Positions 47,501-59,924 of a DNA stretch of 64,000 bases are shown in pieces. The first letter of the stretch is position 1; each line of letters opens with the position of its first letter. The stretch spans positions 7,688,001 through 7,752,000 of the forward strand of contig CM102285.1 in the NCBI GenBank assembly GCA_046563655.1. Reading direction: 5' to 3'. The notes beneath the pieces were generated by a model. That model was not told the DNA's origin and did not search any database. It saw nothing but the letters and a program-made list of their open reading frames with translations. Origin of the DNA: Yuukianura sp. NJ FZ-2021. Its lineage: Eukaryota. A program made the position numbers and the translations under genes.

Positions 47501-49587
47501 CAAACCCAAAGTTAAAATAAAATTAGCATTCAAGCGGCTGTTAAGGTCTTCTTAACTAAAGTTACGGCTTGTTGTCGATTGCTCCAAAAAAGAAAGAATA
47601 TTAAAAGAGAGCGATTCAGAGGTTTTGACCCAAAATTTGCGGTCTTAAAACTCTCATTTGAGCCTGAATCAGACTTTCAATTTGATTCAAGTCATGTCCG
47701 AAACTAAGTGTCTTTTGTATATTTATTGCCGGCAATAATGGTTCCCTTAAGGTTTTCCAGTGTCACCGTTAAACGTTGCCGCGCAGGAGCCTTACAAATC
47801 GAGTTAAAGTCTCGGGACCAACCTAATCCTCGGACATTTCAGACTCCAAAAAAATCTATGAGCGATAGCATTTTCTTTGTTCATGAACCTGACAGTTGCG
47901 ATTAAGGGTCTCAGATTTTATCGCCGAAGAAAAAACACCAGCGATTTATAGTGCGTCACACCAGGGCTTTGCTTGGCTGTGCGGAAAATTTCAAACACTT
48001 TACAAATATAGGCGCCAGTACATCAAGGTGAAAGGGTGAAATCGAGGTCATGTTACCTTACTCCAAGCTTCAACAACCATGACAGGTCCACGTCACGCTT
48101 TTTCCCCGTTTGTTTACTTTCTCTCAAGGAAACAAAATCCGGTGCTCTTATGCCTTTGGCACAGTTCAATTTCCGCTGTTCCCGTCACAGGTTCACATAG
48201 AGAAAAAAAAACAACATAAATTCAAAGTGAAAGTGAATTTCAAATTGCCAGATTTTTTTTGGCACTAAGAAAAACAAGTTCTAACGGCACAAAAATGGTT
48301 TCGTTTCCTTACTTCGGAATCACTCCACTATCAAAAGATAACATTTTATTCTGGTTTCAAAAACGGTTTGAATGTTAACAGAAAATAAAAATAAATCGAA
48401 CCGTTTTATAACCAAAAAATTTAACCCTCGGTTCACAATCACAAGATAAATAAAACAAAATTTTTCGATTTGGCGCTCTATTTTTCTAACTCACTAACTG
48501 TTTAACGTTGTAAGTTTAGGACGTGAAAGTGAAAGTAGCAGTGAAAGTTGCTAAGGCTGGGAGTAAATTAAGCTGCACTGGAAAGAAGCAGTTTACCACG
48601 TTAAGGTCATTTTTCTATTCATGGAGCTAAGGAGGCGGGAAGGATTGAAAAGGGAATGTAGAGAAAGTAATTTTGGAAGAGATGAAGGCTTCTCGGCTTC
48701 GTCGTGTGCGTTTCAAGGGAGTGTCCAAAAGTTGGATGATCATCATCCAAGGAGCCCTGTGGGCCCTTAAGTGCGTCTCAACCGATTACGGAGCCTGCCT
48801 AGGCAGAGAAAGTAGAAAACACAGTCAGTCCCAAGAGATCGCTACTTTCTACAGCTTTCTTCAGCGGGAAAATGAGCTTTATCTTGTCTCTGATAATATC
48901 AAGTACGGCTCAGAAATTTACTACTGCCTTCGTCCTTATCGTCCATAGGGTGGAGCTGGTTGATTAGCTTAATTTTCATGAGTATGTATATTAAGCGGCA
49001 TTAAGCGTGCTAAGGTCAAGTTGACCGAAAGCCATTCTCTTGAGTTGTGTTGCAGACCAGGGTTGTGATATTCATTTATTGCGACGAATATTTATTTTTA
49101 TTTTTCCCCAAAAATATTCAAACATATGTTAGGCGGTATTTGTGTAGAGAGCCAAAGGGAGAGATTAGTTTTCTTGCACTTCAAATTAGCGAAGACCTAC
49201 GAAGGTGATTCATCATTGTCTAAAATTTCTAAATTGCTTTGGAATCGCTCGGGAATATGGAAATTTTGCAGAGTTTTTGGAATTGAGTGCAGGAAGCGAT
49301 GGTTCTTGTGGAAACAGTGCTACAGTACTTTACATCGCTTGTATAAGTCAAACACGTTACACAACACTTATTTGATGGTGTAATATGTATGGTCTTGGTC
49401 TTGTAGTGTGGTGTTGGTTACCTCATGACATTTTGACACTCAAAATTTTGCTAATACTGGCCTTGTCACTTGACGTAAATTTGACTGCGAATCAGTCTTT
49501 CAACGGAATCGGAAACGCACAATCGTTGAAACGGGAACGTAAATGTTACATTGTATTTTTTCCCCCAAATACGTTTATATATATATA

Positions 49588-50666
49588 CAAGGTATGATAC
49601 CCGCTTGTGAAAGCGGGGCTAGCTTGTGTGGTAGTGTATACGAACACACATAGAAAAACGTATCACTTTTGGGAACCCGTTACCCATTTGAGATACATGC
49701 TTACCCGAGCATGCGTAACATAACATAACATAAGTAACATAAGCATGCTTACATGCTTGGACTATTTTTATGAAAATATCCTACCCTACCCTTTGCCCAG
49801 GCGGAAATCCCTTAAAACTACGCGTCCATCGAATTAATGTTTAACATGTAGAGACAACAATTTACTGTGGAACTTAATTCTTTTTGGTGACAAAAGTCAC
49901 AGAATTAACGCGCCATACGTCACCAAGTCCACTTGATCGCCTCTTTCGAATGATATATCACAGGCATATGTTTGTGTGTACTTCTTATTGGGTCACCGCC
50001 ATAGATCAAAGGTCAAAGGTCACAGATCAATCTCATATATCAATCGACTGCATTTGACTTTGAACCTCCCCTTTCGAACAACGTACGCATGCCTATGTTC
50101 AGCTTAATTCTATATGAGGTCACCGCTCTGGGTCAAGGGTCATAGGTCACAGGTCAATGTGTCATACATAAATCCACTCCACTGGACCTCCCCTTTCGAA
50201 TGATATATTGCATGTCTGGGTTTGGTTTAATTCTATGTGAGGTCACCGCTATGGGTCAAGGGTCAAAGGTCATAGATCATCGTGTCATAAGTCAATCAAC
50301 TCCTTTCAGCCTCCCCGTTCGAATGATATATCACATGCCTCTGTTCGGCTTAATTCTATGTCAAGTCACCGCTCTGGGTCAAAGGTCAAAGGTCACAGGT
50401 CAATGTGTCATATATCAATCGACTGCATTTGACCTCTGCTTTCGAATGACATGTCACTTGCCTGGATTTGGTACGATTTTGTGAGGTCATCGCGCTAGGT
50501 CAAGGGTCAAAGGTCACAGGTCAAGATGTGACATAGCCTACGCTCTTCGGGGTGACCTCACGAAGAAAAGGACACCTCATTTGTCCAAATCGGTCCAGTA
50601 GTTTCGGAGGAGTAGCAGGACAAACACACACACAGATAAACAGGGTCTCGATTTTATATAAGTAGA
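49588..50666 (-). mobile_element. Non-autonomous Helitron with five internal tandem repeats of about 122 bp
   Basis: Minus strand: A|TCTACTTATATAAAA 5' end, a 3' hairpin CCCGCTT-TCAC-AAGCGGG about 12 nt from a CTTG|T end (variant of CTRR). Repeat units at about 49991, 50118, 50241, 50363 and 50485. Confidence 0.75.
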
Positions 50667-51177
50667 TATGCGGAATTAGTAAGTATATGTGGAATTAATG
50701 TACAAGGCAAAGTTGTTTAAAAAAAAACAATTTATTCTTGTAGAAAAGACAAAATTGGACTGAAGAGAGGCGCACGGCACCCTCAATGAATGTCAACTTG
50801 TAATGCAATTACCTCTAATGGTCTTCTTCCGAAGGAACTTATTCATGTAAAGAGACTTTGTAAATAAAGTTCCACTTCATCCATAAGCCTTTCACGTCGT
50901 AAATTGCACCATCATTTTATTAAGTATCGTCAGATACTTATAGGGATCGTAATGGCCGTCCGTCCGTCTGTCCGTCCGTCTGTCCGTCTGTCCGTCCGTC
51001 TGTATACTAGCCACAATATCTCTGGAACCGCTGGACCGATTTTCAATCTCTCTTCACAGATGAAGTTCACATAGTCCAGGGGTGAACAAGTTGTTTCCGG
51101 TTTGACCGGAAGTGGCCAACTTCCGGGTCAAAGGTCAAGGTCAAGTACATTTTCGACGGAATTTGGACAAATGGCCT

Positions 51178-51447
51178 TGCTGTGTATGTGGTTCAAGTTT
51201 ATTCAGTTGTTAAATGGATTGTGATGTCGAGATGGTTTTACATTGGTCTTTTTATACTAACGAAAGTGAAAGGGAGAAGGAGGAAATTGCATGATTATGC
51301 AATGTTGCTTAACCTAACAATGGTTGGGGGTGACTGACCCTATTTCTTGACACCATTACGTAAGGTTGCATGAGAATGCGTACCTTGGTTAAGTATGTCA
51401 GATCAAACGAGTTTGTTTGCATCTGAGAGATTATGTAATACATTACA
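51178..51447 (-). repeat. 3' LTR (270 bp)
   Basis: Identical to 55802-56070 except for one substitution and one 1-nt indel; TG...CA termini. Confidence 0.95.
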
Positions 51448-51568
51448 CTACCTTCTCCTTCAGGATTGAAACCTCATCAAACACATTTCCTTGGTACAAA
51501 AGCAATCCAAGGAACAATCCTGAAACCACACACGGTTTTTTCTACATGCTACTGAGAAAGAGGGAATT

Positions 51569-54500
51569 TTAAATTTTGTAAGTTCCTGGGGGTGGACGTT
51601 CCCGCTTTGGATATCGTGGTGGGACTGGGGTCAGCGGTGGTTCTGGTTGAGGAACCGGTTTCTCTGCTGTGTCCATCGGCTCTGCCACGACTTCCTCTTT
51701 CCCTTCTTGTTCATCCTCCTCCATGATGTCCTGTGTTGGTCCATGCAGCAACTGATCAGCATGACGCTTGATTTCTTGTCCATTGACATCAACGATGAAC
51801 GTCACTGGTCCAATTTGTCTCCGGATGATTCCAGTTGACCATTTGGGTTCATTTTTAGAAAATGTTTTGACCCAAATGCGTTGTCCAATATGAAACTCTC
51901 GTTCTCGAGTCTTCTTGTCATAATTGGATGATTGTTTGAATTGTGAATATCCAACTTTTGCTCGAACATCTGGTCGCAGAAGATCCAGGAGTGTTCTCAA
52001 TTTCCTTCCTTGCAAAAGTTCGGCTGGAGACTGTCCAGTGGTAGCATGAGGTGTTACTCTGTAGGTGAACAGAAAACGTTGGAGTGCAAGGCTGCGATCT
52101 CCTTCAGCAGCTTTCATTGACTTTTTGAAAGTTTGAATGAACCGCTCTGCTTCGCCATTTGACCTTGGGTGATAAACGGAGCTTGTTGTGTGACGAATAC
52201 CATTCGAGTCACAAAATGATTTGAATTCCTGGGATGTAAACTGTCTTCCGTTGTCAGAAACAATTTGATCCACCAATCCGAATCTGCATATTGATTCTCG
52301 GATTTTTGAAATGACAGCAAAACTGGTTGCGTTGTTATTCAAATCAAAGACTTCCGGCCATTTTGAATGTGCATCTGTGATGATGAGCCACATCTTGTTT
52401 AAGAATGGTCCAGCCAGGTCAATATGGATACGTTGCCAAGGGCGTTCTGGAAACTCCCATGGATGTAGAGGTGCACTAGGTGGGTTTCCTCTGTTCTGCA
52501 CACATTTTGTGCAACTTTTACACATCGATTCGATTTCTTCGTCAATCCCTGGCCACCAGACGTACTGTCGTGCCAGTGATTTCATTCTCACAATTCCAGA
52601 GTGAGAGTCATGCAGTTCCATTAAAATTTTCTTCTGGAGAGCGGCTGGAATTACTACTCGAATTCCCCACAGGATGATATCCTGAACCAATGTCAATTCT
52701 TCTCGTCGGAGAAAGAATGGGTACAAAGGGTCCGTCTTTTGCATTTTAACCGGCCATCCACTAGAGACATGGCGATAGACTGTAGAAAGTAGTCCGTCTC
52801 TGGAAGTGACATTTTTAATTGCTCTGGCTGTGACTGGAAGAACTTCTAAAGTCGAACAGGCCACGAGGTTAACTTCGGATTCTAGTTCCGGTTCAACTTC
52901 CGGTATGCCATCTGTCGGTGTCGGATGTCGGGAGAGTGCGTCTGCATTTCCATGATCTGCGGTCCGTCTGTACTGCATGGAGAAAGTGAATTGGCTAAGG
53001 AAGAGACTCCACTTTTGTAATCTTGTCGCAGTGAAAGATGGAACTTGTGCTTTAGCTCCAAAAAGTGAAAGTAGTGGCTGATGATCAGTGACCACTGTAA
53101 ATTCTCTTCCGCAAAGAAACTGGAAAAATTTCTTTACTCCAAAGACGATCGCAAGTGCTTCCTTCTCGATCTGGGAATAACGCTGCTCTGCTGGTGAAAG
53201 TACTTTAGATGCAAAAGCTATTGGTCGCTCTGAATTGTCCAGGAACCGATGAAATAACACTGCTCCGAGTCCCTTCTGAGATGCATCACAACTGATTCCA
53301 ATGGGAAGTTCTGGAGAGTGATGACAGAGGATCGGGGCAGAAGAAAGTGACTTTTTAATCCCGTCAAAGGCGATTTGACACTTGTTTGTCCATTTGAAAT
53401 CGACATCTTTTCTCGTGAGAGCGTACAGCTCAGCACATTTGTCTGCGAGGTTTGGTATGAACTTTCCATAAAAGTTGACTAATCCTAAGAAGGATTTAAC
53501 CTCGGTCACCGTCTGTGGGCGTTGAATGGCATGAACTGCTTTCACCTTGCCTGGTGATGTGGTGAGTCCATCCTTTGAAATCACAAATCCAATGTACTCA
53601 AGTGACTTTTGTAGAAAAAGGCATTTGGATTTTGATAGACGGTAATTTGTTTCGCGCATGCGCTGGAAAATTTTCTGCAAAGTGGCTAGGTGCTCTGCGT
53701 CCGTGATGCCAGTGCAGATGGAGTCGTCCATGAATGATCCAGCCATCGGAATGCCCTTCAGAAGCTTGTCCATAAACTCCTGAAAAATTGCTGGAGAGGA
53801 GGCGATGCCCTGGGGCAGAACTTTGTAACGGTAAAGTCCTCGGTGCGTGTTGATCACCATAAATGATTTGCTCGACTCGTCCAGTTCAATCTGATGGAAG
53901 GCGTCGGGGCCATCCAGTCTTGAAAACGAAAATCCTCCAGAGACCGTTGACATCAGCTCGTCCACCCTCTGCAAGGGATACTGGGTTATGTTCAACTGTG
54001 AATTGACAGTGTGTTTGAAGTCACCAGTGATTCGGACTCTGCCATTTGCCTTGGGCACTACGACCAGGGGTGAGGCCCATTCTGAGTGTTCAATCCTTTG
54101 AATAACTCCAGACTGTTCCATTTGATCCAACTCGGCATCGACTTTGGAACGAAGTGCAAATGGTATGGGGCGTGCCTTCAGAAACTTTGGAACGGCATCG
54201 TCCTTGAGGATTACTTTGGCCTTGAACCCTGTAATTGATCCACGAGGTGGTGAGAATACGTCCTTGTATTCGTCCAAGAGTTCGTCTAAGGTCAACTTCT
54301 GCGATGACGCAGGAATTCTGTGACACTGCGCAGGCGCGGCGAGCGTCAAGTTCAATCCGAACAGGCGGATTAAATCTCTTCCAAACAGAGATTGGCTTCC
54401 TTTTGTAACTGAAAAGGAGTAGTTCACTGACTGTCCATTGTAACCAAGGGTTACGTCCAATTTCCCCAGGGGGCGAAATCGTTGGTTAGTGAAAGTTCGA

Positions 54501-55564
54501 AAAACGGCATTTGTTTTTGTGAGAGGCGGCGCTCCTAGTTTCTTTCTCCAAAAGTCTTCACTGAGGAGGCTATTCTTACACCCGCTGTCGAATTCCATTG
54601 AATGAGAAATCCCGTTAATTAGCACATCGATTGTGTATTCAGCCAGATTGTCAGCACCTTGATAAATAGAATTGACGTTTGAAAGCGATGAGTCATCCTC
54701 GACTGCGATCGTGTGGGCGTTTTTTCTGCTACTGCGGCAGTATTTCCGGAAATGTCCCTTTTTTGAACAAGCAAAGCAAACAGCATCTTTGTGCGGACAT
54801 TCCTTCGCAGTTTTGTGCTGCGTAGAACCACAATTTGGACAGAACGATCCTGATTGGCTGCGCCCGAATTGGCCCTTCCCTTGACTCCTCCCATGGCTCC
54901 TCCCACCTTTTGAGTTAGATGCGAATTTGGATGCTGGTCCAGAATTGCGATTGAACTGTGAAGGAGAGCGGCGATGAGGACGTGAAGCGGAGGCGTAATT
55001 TACCCCACCGTGGGTATTTGCGTCGCGGATTGTAGAAGTGCCTAGCTCGGCAGCGTCTTGAGAAACAGCGATTTTTAGAGCGTCCTCTAATGAAAGCGTG
55101 TCTTCTCGTGTAAAAATCCGTCGTTGGGCGGTTTCGTTGGCTAGTCCAAAAATAAACTGATCACGAAGTTTCTCAGAGAGTGTTGCGTCAAATTTGCAAG
55201 TGATTGCTAATTTCCTCAGCTCAGCCAGGAAGGTTGCGGATGTTTCTCCAGGCTTCTGTTTTCTAGCGGAGAATTTAAATCGTTCAGCGAGAGCCTTCGG
55301 TGGCGGTTTGAAGTGAGCTTTAAGTACCGTAACCAATTCTTCCAACTTCTTGTCCGAATACTGGGCTGGAGAAATTAAATTGTTCAGTAGGCTTACTGTT
55401 TCAATTCCAATTGATGATATGAAAATGCCCATGCATCTTTTCTGGTCATTTGCGGAATTGTAGTCAAGTCCATTTGCTAGAAGAAATGACTTGAAAACGT
55501 TTATCCAGTCATCAAAATCGTTTTTCTCTGGTTCAAATTTCTCGACCGTCCCAATTGTCGTCAT
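51569..55564 (-). CDS. Gag-Pol polyprotein (two CCHC-type knuckles, PR, RT, RNase H, integrase), 1331 aa
   Basis: Gag ERFKFSARKQKPGE and LRDQFIFGL; knuckles CPNC..H..C and CFAC..H..C; PR FDSGC; RT WASPLV and FMDD; RNase H CDAS..IEKEALA..TDHQPL..ADALSR; integrase H..H..C..C, HIDLAGP, SDNG, GEAER. Confidence 0.97.
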   Translation of the reverse strand: MTTIGTVEKFEPEKNDFDDWINVFKSFLLANGLDYNSANDQKRCMGIFISSIGIETVSLLNNLISPAQYSDKKLEELVTVLKAHFKPPPKALAERFKFSARKQKPGETSATFLAELRKLAITCKFDATLSEKLRDQFIFGLANETAQRRIFTREDTLSLEDALKIAVSQDAAELGTSTIRDANTHGGVNYASASRPHRRSPSQFNRNSGPASKFASNSKGGRSHGRSQGKGQFGRSQSGSFCPNCGSTQHKTAKECPHKDAVCFACSKKGHFRKYCRSSRKNAHTIAVEDDSSLSNVNSIYQGADNLAEYTIDVLINGISHSMEFDSGCKNSLLSEDFWRKKLGAPPLTKTNAVFRTFTNQRFRPLGKLDVTLGYNGQSVNYSFSVTKGSQSLFGRDLIRLFGLNLTLAAPAQCHRIPASSQKLTLDELLDEYKDVFSPPRGSITGFKAKVILKDDAVPKFLKARPIPFALRSKVDAELDQMEQSGVIQRIEHSEWASPLVVVPKANGRVRITGDFKHTVNSQLNITQYPLQRVDELMSTVSGGFSFSRLDGPDAFHQIELDESSKSFMVINTHRGLYRYKVLPQGIASSPAIFQEFMDKLLKGIPMAGSFMDDSICTGITDAEHLATLQKIFQRMRETNYRLSKSKCLFLQKSLEYIGFVISKDGLTTSPGKVKAVHAIQRPQTVTEVKSFLGLVNFYGKFIPNLADKCAELYALTRKDVDFKWTNKCQIAFDGIKKSLSSAPILCHHSPELPIGISCDASQKGLGAVLFHRFLDNSERPIAFASKVLSPAEQRYSQIEKEALAIVFGVKKFFQFLCGREFTVVTDHQPLLSLFGAKAQVPSFTATRLQKWSLFLSQFTFSMQYRRTADHGNADALSRHPTPTDGIPEVEPELESEVNLVACSTLEVLPVTARAIKNVTSRDGLLSTVYRHVSSGWPVKMQKTDPLYPFFLRREELTLVQDIILWGIRVVIPAALQKKILMELHDSHSGIVRMKSLARQYVWWPGIDEEIESMCKSCTKCVQNRGNPPSAPLHPWEFPERPWQRIHIDLAGPFLNKMWLIITDAHSKWPEVFDLNNNATSFAVISKIRESICRFGLVDQIVSDNGRQFTSQEFKSFCDSNGIRHTTSSVYHPRSNGEAERFIQTFKKSMKAAEGDRSLALQRFLFTYRVTPHATTGQSPAELLQGRKLRTLLDLLRPDVRAKVGYSQFKQSSNYDKKTREREFHIGQRIWVKTFSKNEPKWSTGIIRRQIGPVTFIVDVNGQEIKRHADQLLHGPTQDIMEEDEQEGKEEVVAEPMDTAEKPVPQPEPPLTPVPPRYPKRERPPPGTYKI

Positions 55565-55786
55565 GGCGCTTGGTGCTGCGTAGCTTGGTACTGCAGGACT
55601 CGGTACTGCGGGTGCCTGACGGCGTGGAGTGAAAGGACTGTTGGTAGCAATTGTGTCTCGTACGGTACGAACACCGTCTCTAATTTCTGCAAGTGGAGTT
55701 GAGTGTCTTGAATCGGCGCTGATGACCTCTTCCTCAAAAGCGTTCGGATCCAGACTCGAAAAGCAACGCTGGGTTGGTTTTGTACT

Positions 55787-55796
55787 CTCGTCGCCA
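55787..55796 (-). promoter_or_regulatory. Primer-binding site TGGCGACGAG (matches the 3' end of tRNA-Ser(GCU))
   Basis: Lies 5 nt inside the 5' LTR; complementary to ...CUCGUCGCCA. Confidence 0.75.
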
Positions 55797-55801
55797 GAAA
55801 A

Positions 55802-56070
55802 TGTTGTGTATGTGGTTAAGTTTATTCAGTTGTTAAATGGATTGTGATGTCGAGATGGTTTTACATTGGTCTTTTTATACTAACGAAAGTGAAAGGGAGA
55901 AGGAGGAAATTGCATGATTATGCAATGTTGCTTAACCTAACAATGGTTGGGGGTGACTGACCCTATTTCTTGACACCATTACGTAAGGTTGCATGAGAAT
56001 GCGTACCTTGGTTAAGTATGTCAGATCAAACGAGTTTGTTTGCATCTGAGAGATTATGTAATACATTACA
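55802..56070 (-). repeat. 5' LTR (269 bp)
   Basis: Paired with 51178-51447; TATAAAAAG (55871-55879) and AATAAA (55821-55826) on the minus strand. Confidence 0.95.
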
Positions 56071-56688
56071 GGCCTCTACAAAAGTTGTTCATTTCATTGA
56101 GAGGAACAACTTTGCTGTAGGTGACCTTGACCTTTGACCTACGGTTCTGGAGATATAGACGATGAAATTTGCAAAATGGCGTCGCTCATTCTACGCGCGT
56201 CTATAACTCAGGAACCACAGGACCGATTTTCAACCTGTCTTCGCAGATGACCTTCACATGGTACAGGTGTGACTAATCGGTCTCTGGTTTGACCGGAAGT
56301 GGCCAATTCCCGGGCCAAAGGTCAAGGTCAAGTACATTTTTTCACGGAAATCAAAAAAATGACCCTTACAAAAGGTGTTCCTCGCATTGAGACAACAACT
56401 TTGTGACCTTGCAGCTTTTTAATGAGTAACTACAAACCAGATGACTAAAAATCAGTTTTAGGATTCACCTTAAGTGACCTCTATTGGTGTCATAGGTCAA
56501 GGTTATGCTCCATTTACATCACGAAAACGGATGGGCAGACTCGGAAGGGGAATGCGGGGATTCGATTTTGATGAGCTTGAGTGACCTTTAGTAGGGTCAA
56601 AGGTCAAGGTCATCTTTTTTTTCCACAATTCGGGGATGGATGTTTGACGCCGCGAGGATTAATATTATTAATAATATATTAATGAATA

Positions 56689-56801
<113 letters not shown>

Positions 56802-57322
56802 TATATATATAATTAATTTTAATATTGTATATATTAATATTAATTAATATATACATATTAATATTAATAATATAATTAATATAATATTAGCATTAATATT
56901 AATGTAATGCCGAATGCTCTTTGACCTCAAGTTACCTCTAACAATATCAGAGGTCTAGGTCAACAATATCCGGCGCGGGAATTCTCTATAATTGATCTGA
57001 CGATACTTATTTACATCGTCTTTGGAAGAAGTTTATTAAATAAAAACAGTGGCCGATTTAGAAAAGGTTAACTGGAGGGTCAAAGGTTATCATTATCTTG
57101 CCTCATATGTGGAACGTGCCTGCCTTTCACTCACCCTACAACTTTTTCAGAAAATCAACCTTCCTTTTTGTTCAAAAGCAGCTTAATTTTCTCCCGCCGG
57201 TGGCTCCCCTTCGAACTTCAATTGTGAAAACCTTTGACGTGCGACATTAACTTTATTTAAAGCTTCCCATTATGCTGATAATTTGCTGCTATTTTCTCCT
57301 ATCTCCACGTTTAAATTCACAG

Positions 57323-59924
57323 TTAGAATTTGAAAATTTTCCACAGGAGTAAGCTCCAGAATAACTTGGCGTAATCTGAAACCCAAAATACAAACTGAGA
57401 TTGTATTTACATTGTTAGCTCGTAAGGGTAAGAACCTCTTTTCTTTTTTCTGAAGCAATTTGAATTTTCTCAAAATAGCAAATTTTGTTTTATAAAAATG
57501 TCTTCAAATATTGTCTCACTTGGGATGGGATGTGACTGGATAGTTGAAGATGCTGGAAACTGCTCTCTACCCGATGAAGGTTGAGCCAGAATCCGACTTT
57601 CTTGTAGTTCAAACACGGACATTCCGTAGTGGTTTCCAAGGGATGCGGTACATTTCAGCTGGATTCGATTTGTTCCTGTACTGTGAAAACGTCCCGGTTC
57701 GACGATAAAGTTGAATCCGAGTATGGACGTCTCGAGCCCGTCTGTCTCATTAACAGGCATGTACTCAGTAATGTCTGCGTAGTCCGCCTGAGGAAACAGA
57801 ACAAAAGAAATACAATGTTTAATCAGGCTACCTTCACTTCACTCATTTTCTTCTTCATTGGAGCTTGAAAGTGCTCAGAGCTCCTTTCTAACTTCTACAT
57901 TTCGGAAAATCGGCTCGATGTTTAAGTTTTGGATTCGAAAGTTTTCACATTGGGTGTATTACTATATGCGTTCGTCACGGGTAACCAGTGTTCCTAGTTT
58001 CGGTCACTTTTCGGAATTTGCGTCAGAAATAACCGAAATGTCTGACAGAAATTTCCAGTGCGCTTTGCGCATGCGTCATCCGCGAATTTCAAAACTTTCA
58101 AATAGCGTTTAACATCTTTTTACTGATAATTTTTCTTTTTTTTTTGCTCACCTGTCACAATTTAATTCAGTAACCAATTCAAATTAATTAGATTATTTAC
58201 TTCTGAAATAGTAGGTTTTCATCAATTTCTAATTCCATTTCCAATTCATCGTTGACTTATTATGCATATGGCAATCACACCATAGTAATACCAGTCTGTT
58301 CCGTTTAGTGATTTAACCAATGACAAGGAGTAACTGGTGGACATGTTTTAATACTTTTACCTACAGCCCGGCCTGCTCATTCGTTGTCATTTCACAAAAT
58401 GACAACTACTGCAGACGATCGACTGAATAAATATCTGTGTGAGAAACAACTGACCCTTATTCTAATATTGCAATTACTAATGCTTCCCTAATTTCGGGAA
58501 CAGAAGTGGTTGCCTGCTCTGACGCTGATTGCTCAGGTACTGACAACGCATACCCACTGTTCCTGTACCTTTCATTGGTGTCAAGATATATGCAGAGGAA
58601 GCTAGCGAAAGCTCCTTAAAATAAAAACTAAACGACATATCGCGTCAAAATTAACTCTTCTTTTGCGCCGGGTGAAACAAGTAATGCTATGACACTTGAC
58701 AGTGACACATCTCAGAGTTTACACAAACTGAAGGAGAGAATGAGAAGGACATAATAAAAGTGTCGCTGTTGAATTAAGAAACACTGCAGGGTCTTTGTAA
58801 TTTTTAACTTGGCAACTAACTACTCTCACACAGTTAGGACCCAAAATACTTGCCTGTGCCTACACTGATGTTTCAGGCACTGACAAGGCAAGTCAACTGG
58901 TTCCGCCACCCATGGTTGAGGTCAACATTATCGTGAAACTCAGTTACAAATATTTTCAACGCTTGGTGCAATTTGTTTCTGCTAACTTACTAATTTTCCT
59001 GTGTAGTTGTCTAACTTTGAACCCTTAAGTTCAAATACATTTGCGCCCAATTTTGGTGGGAATAGGTTGGCGTCATTTCGGTCGAGTGAAAGGGATCAGA
59101 CCCAAATATCGAAAAGACGCTTTCGAGCGAACCACTGACTGAAACTGGGAACACTGCGGATAACCTTTTGACTGTTGATGTAAAACATGAGAGACGCGGC
59201 AGGTTTACTTCTTCTGGAGGTACAGTTTCCAATAATTCTGTCACCGAGACTGACCCGCGAGTAATTTCCACTGTGACCTTTGACCTGGATTTCTGGATCA
59301 GACACCGGGGGAGCAACGACTATCATTTGGCCTTGGCGGGTCAGCCGCTGAAAAGACCTGTCTGCTAACACTTCGCATCGATACAGTCCACTGGTACTGA
59401 GACTTATGTTTTTGAGCGTCACCAGTTTCTGGGAAGTATGTTGTACCTAACAGGAACATTAAATACCTCTTCATTAGATTGGATTAAAAATTGGTCATTG
59501 TAGGTCTTTACATCAACATGAATTCCATCAACAGGAGAAAGTTGGATGGAGTTGCCCGCGTAGCTAAAAAACTCGGCTTCATCCTTGTACCATTTGAGGT
59601 TGAGGAGTTTGTCTGACTCGAGGTCAAACTCGCAGGTCAACTCAGCCGTACCGTTAGCGACTCCATAATGTGGAATGGACACATTCCGCATACTTATGCC
59701 AGTAGCAAGGTCTAACGGTCGATGTGAAAAGAAATATTACAAACCATAACCATTATCCGATATGAGAAATAATGGGTACGTAATATTAGGTTAAAGGTTG
59801 AAAAATTGTTACATTAGATTAAGGTTGTATGCGAAATGATGGTTGCTCATGGTTTTGACTTACGAAAATGGAGAACAATAAAAATTGCAATTCCAGAAAA
59901 CAACACTTTCATTTTACTGCTCAT
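57323..59924 (-). CDS. Beat-family two-Ig-domain protein, paralogue 3 (exons 59864-59924, 59512-59711, 59165-59446, 57520-57787, 57323-57375)
   Basis: Signal peptide MSSKMKVLFSGIAIFIVLHF; AELTCEFD..LKWYKDEAEFFSY; SGLYRCEVLAD; GNCTSRRSKPAASLMFYIN; GLETSILGFNF..LKCTASL; hydrophobic tail YAKLFWSLLLWKIFKF. Splice phases are consistent; the last exon is less certain. Confidence 0.85.

Larger units (their letters stand above)
51178..56070 (-). mobile_element. Full-length Ty3/Gypsy retrotransposon, Mag-like clade, recent insertion
   Basis: Two LTRs, 5-bp TSD GGCCT (51173-51177 and 56071-56075), PBS, PPT (GAAGGAGAAGGTAG, about 51448-51461) and a single intact gag-pol ORF. Confidence 0.97.

Noticed and set aside
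36700..49500. Numerous 60-116 aa ORFs
   Set aside because: No domains, mostly non-ATG starts and no consistent exon chain; treated as intergenic.
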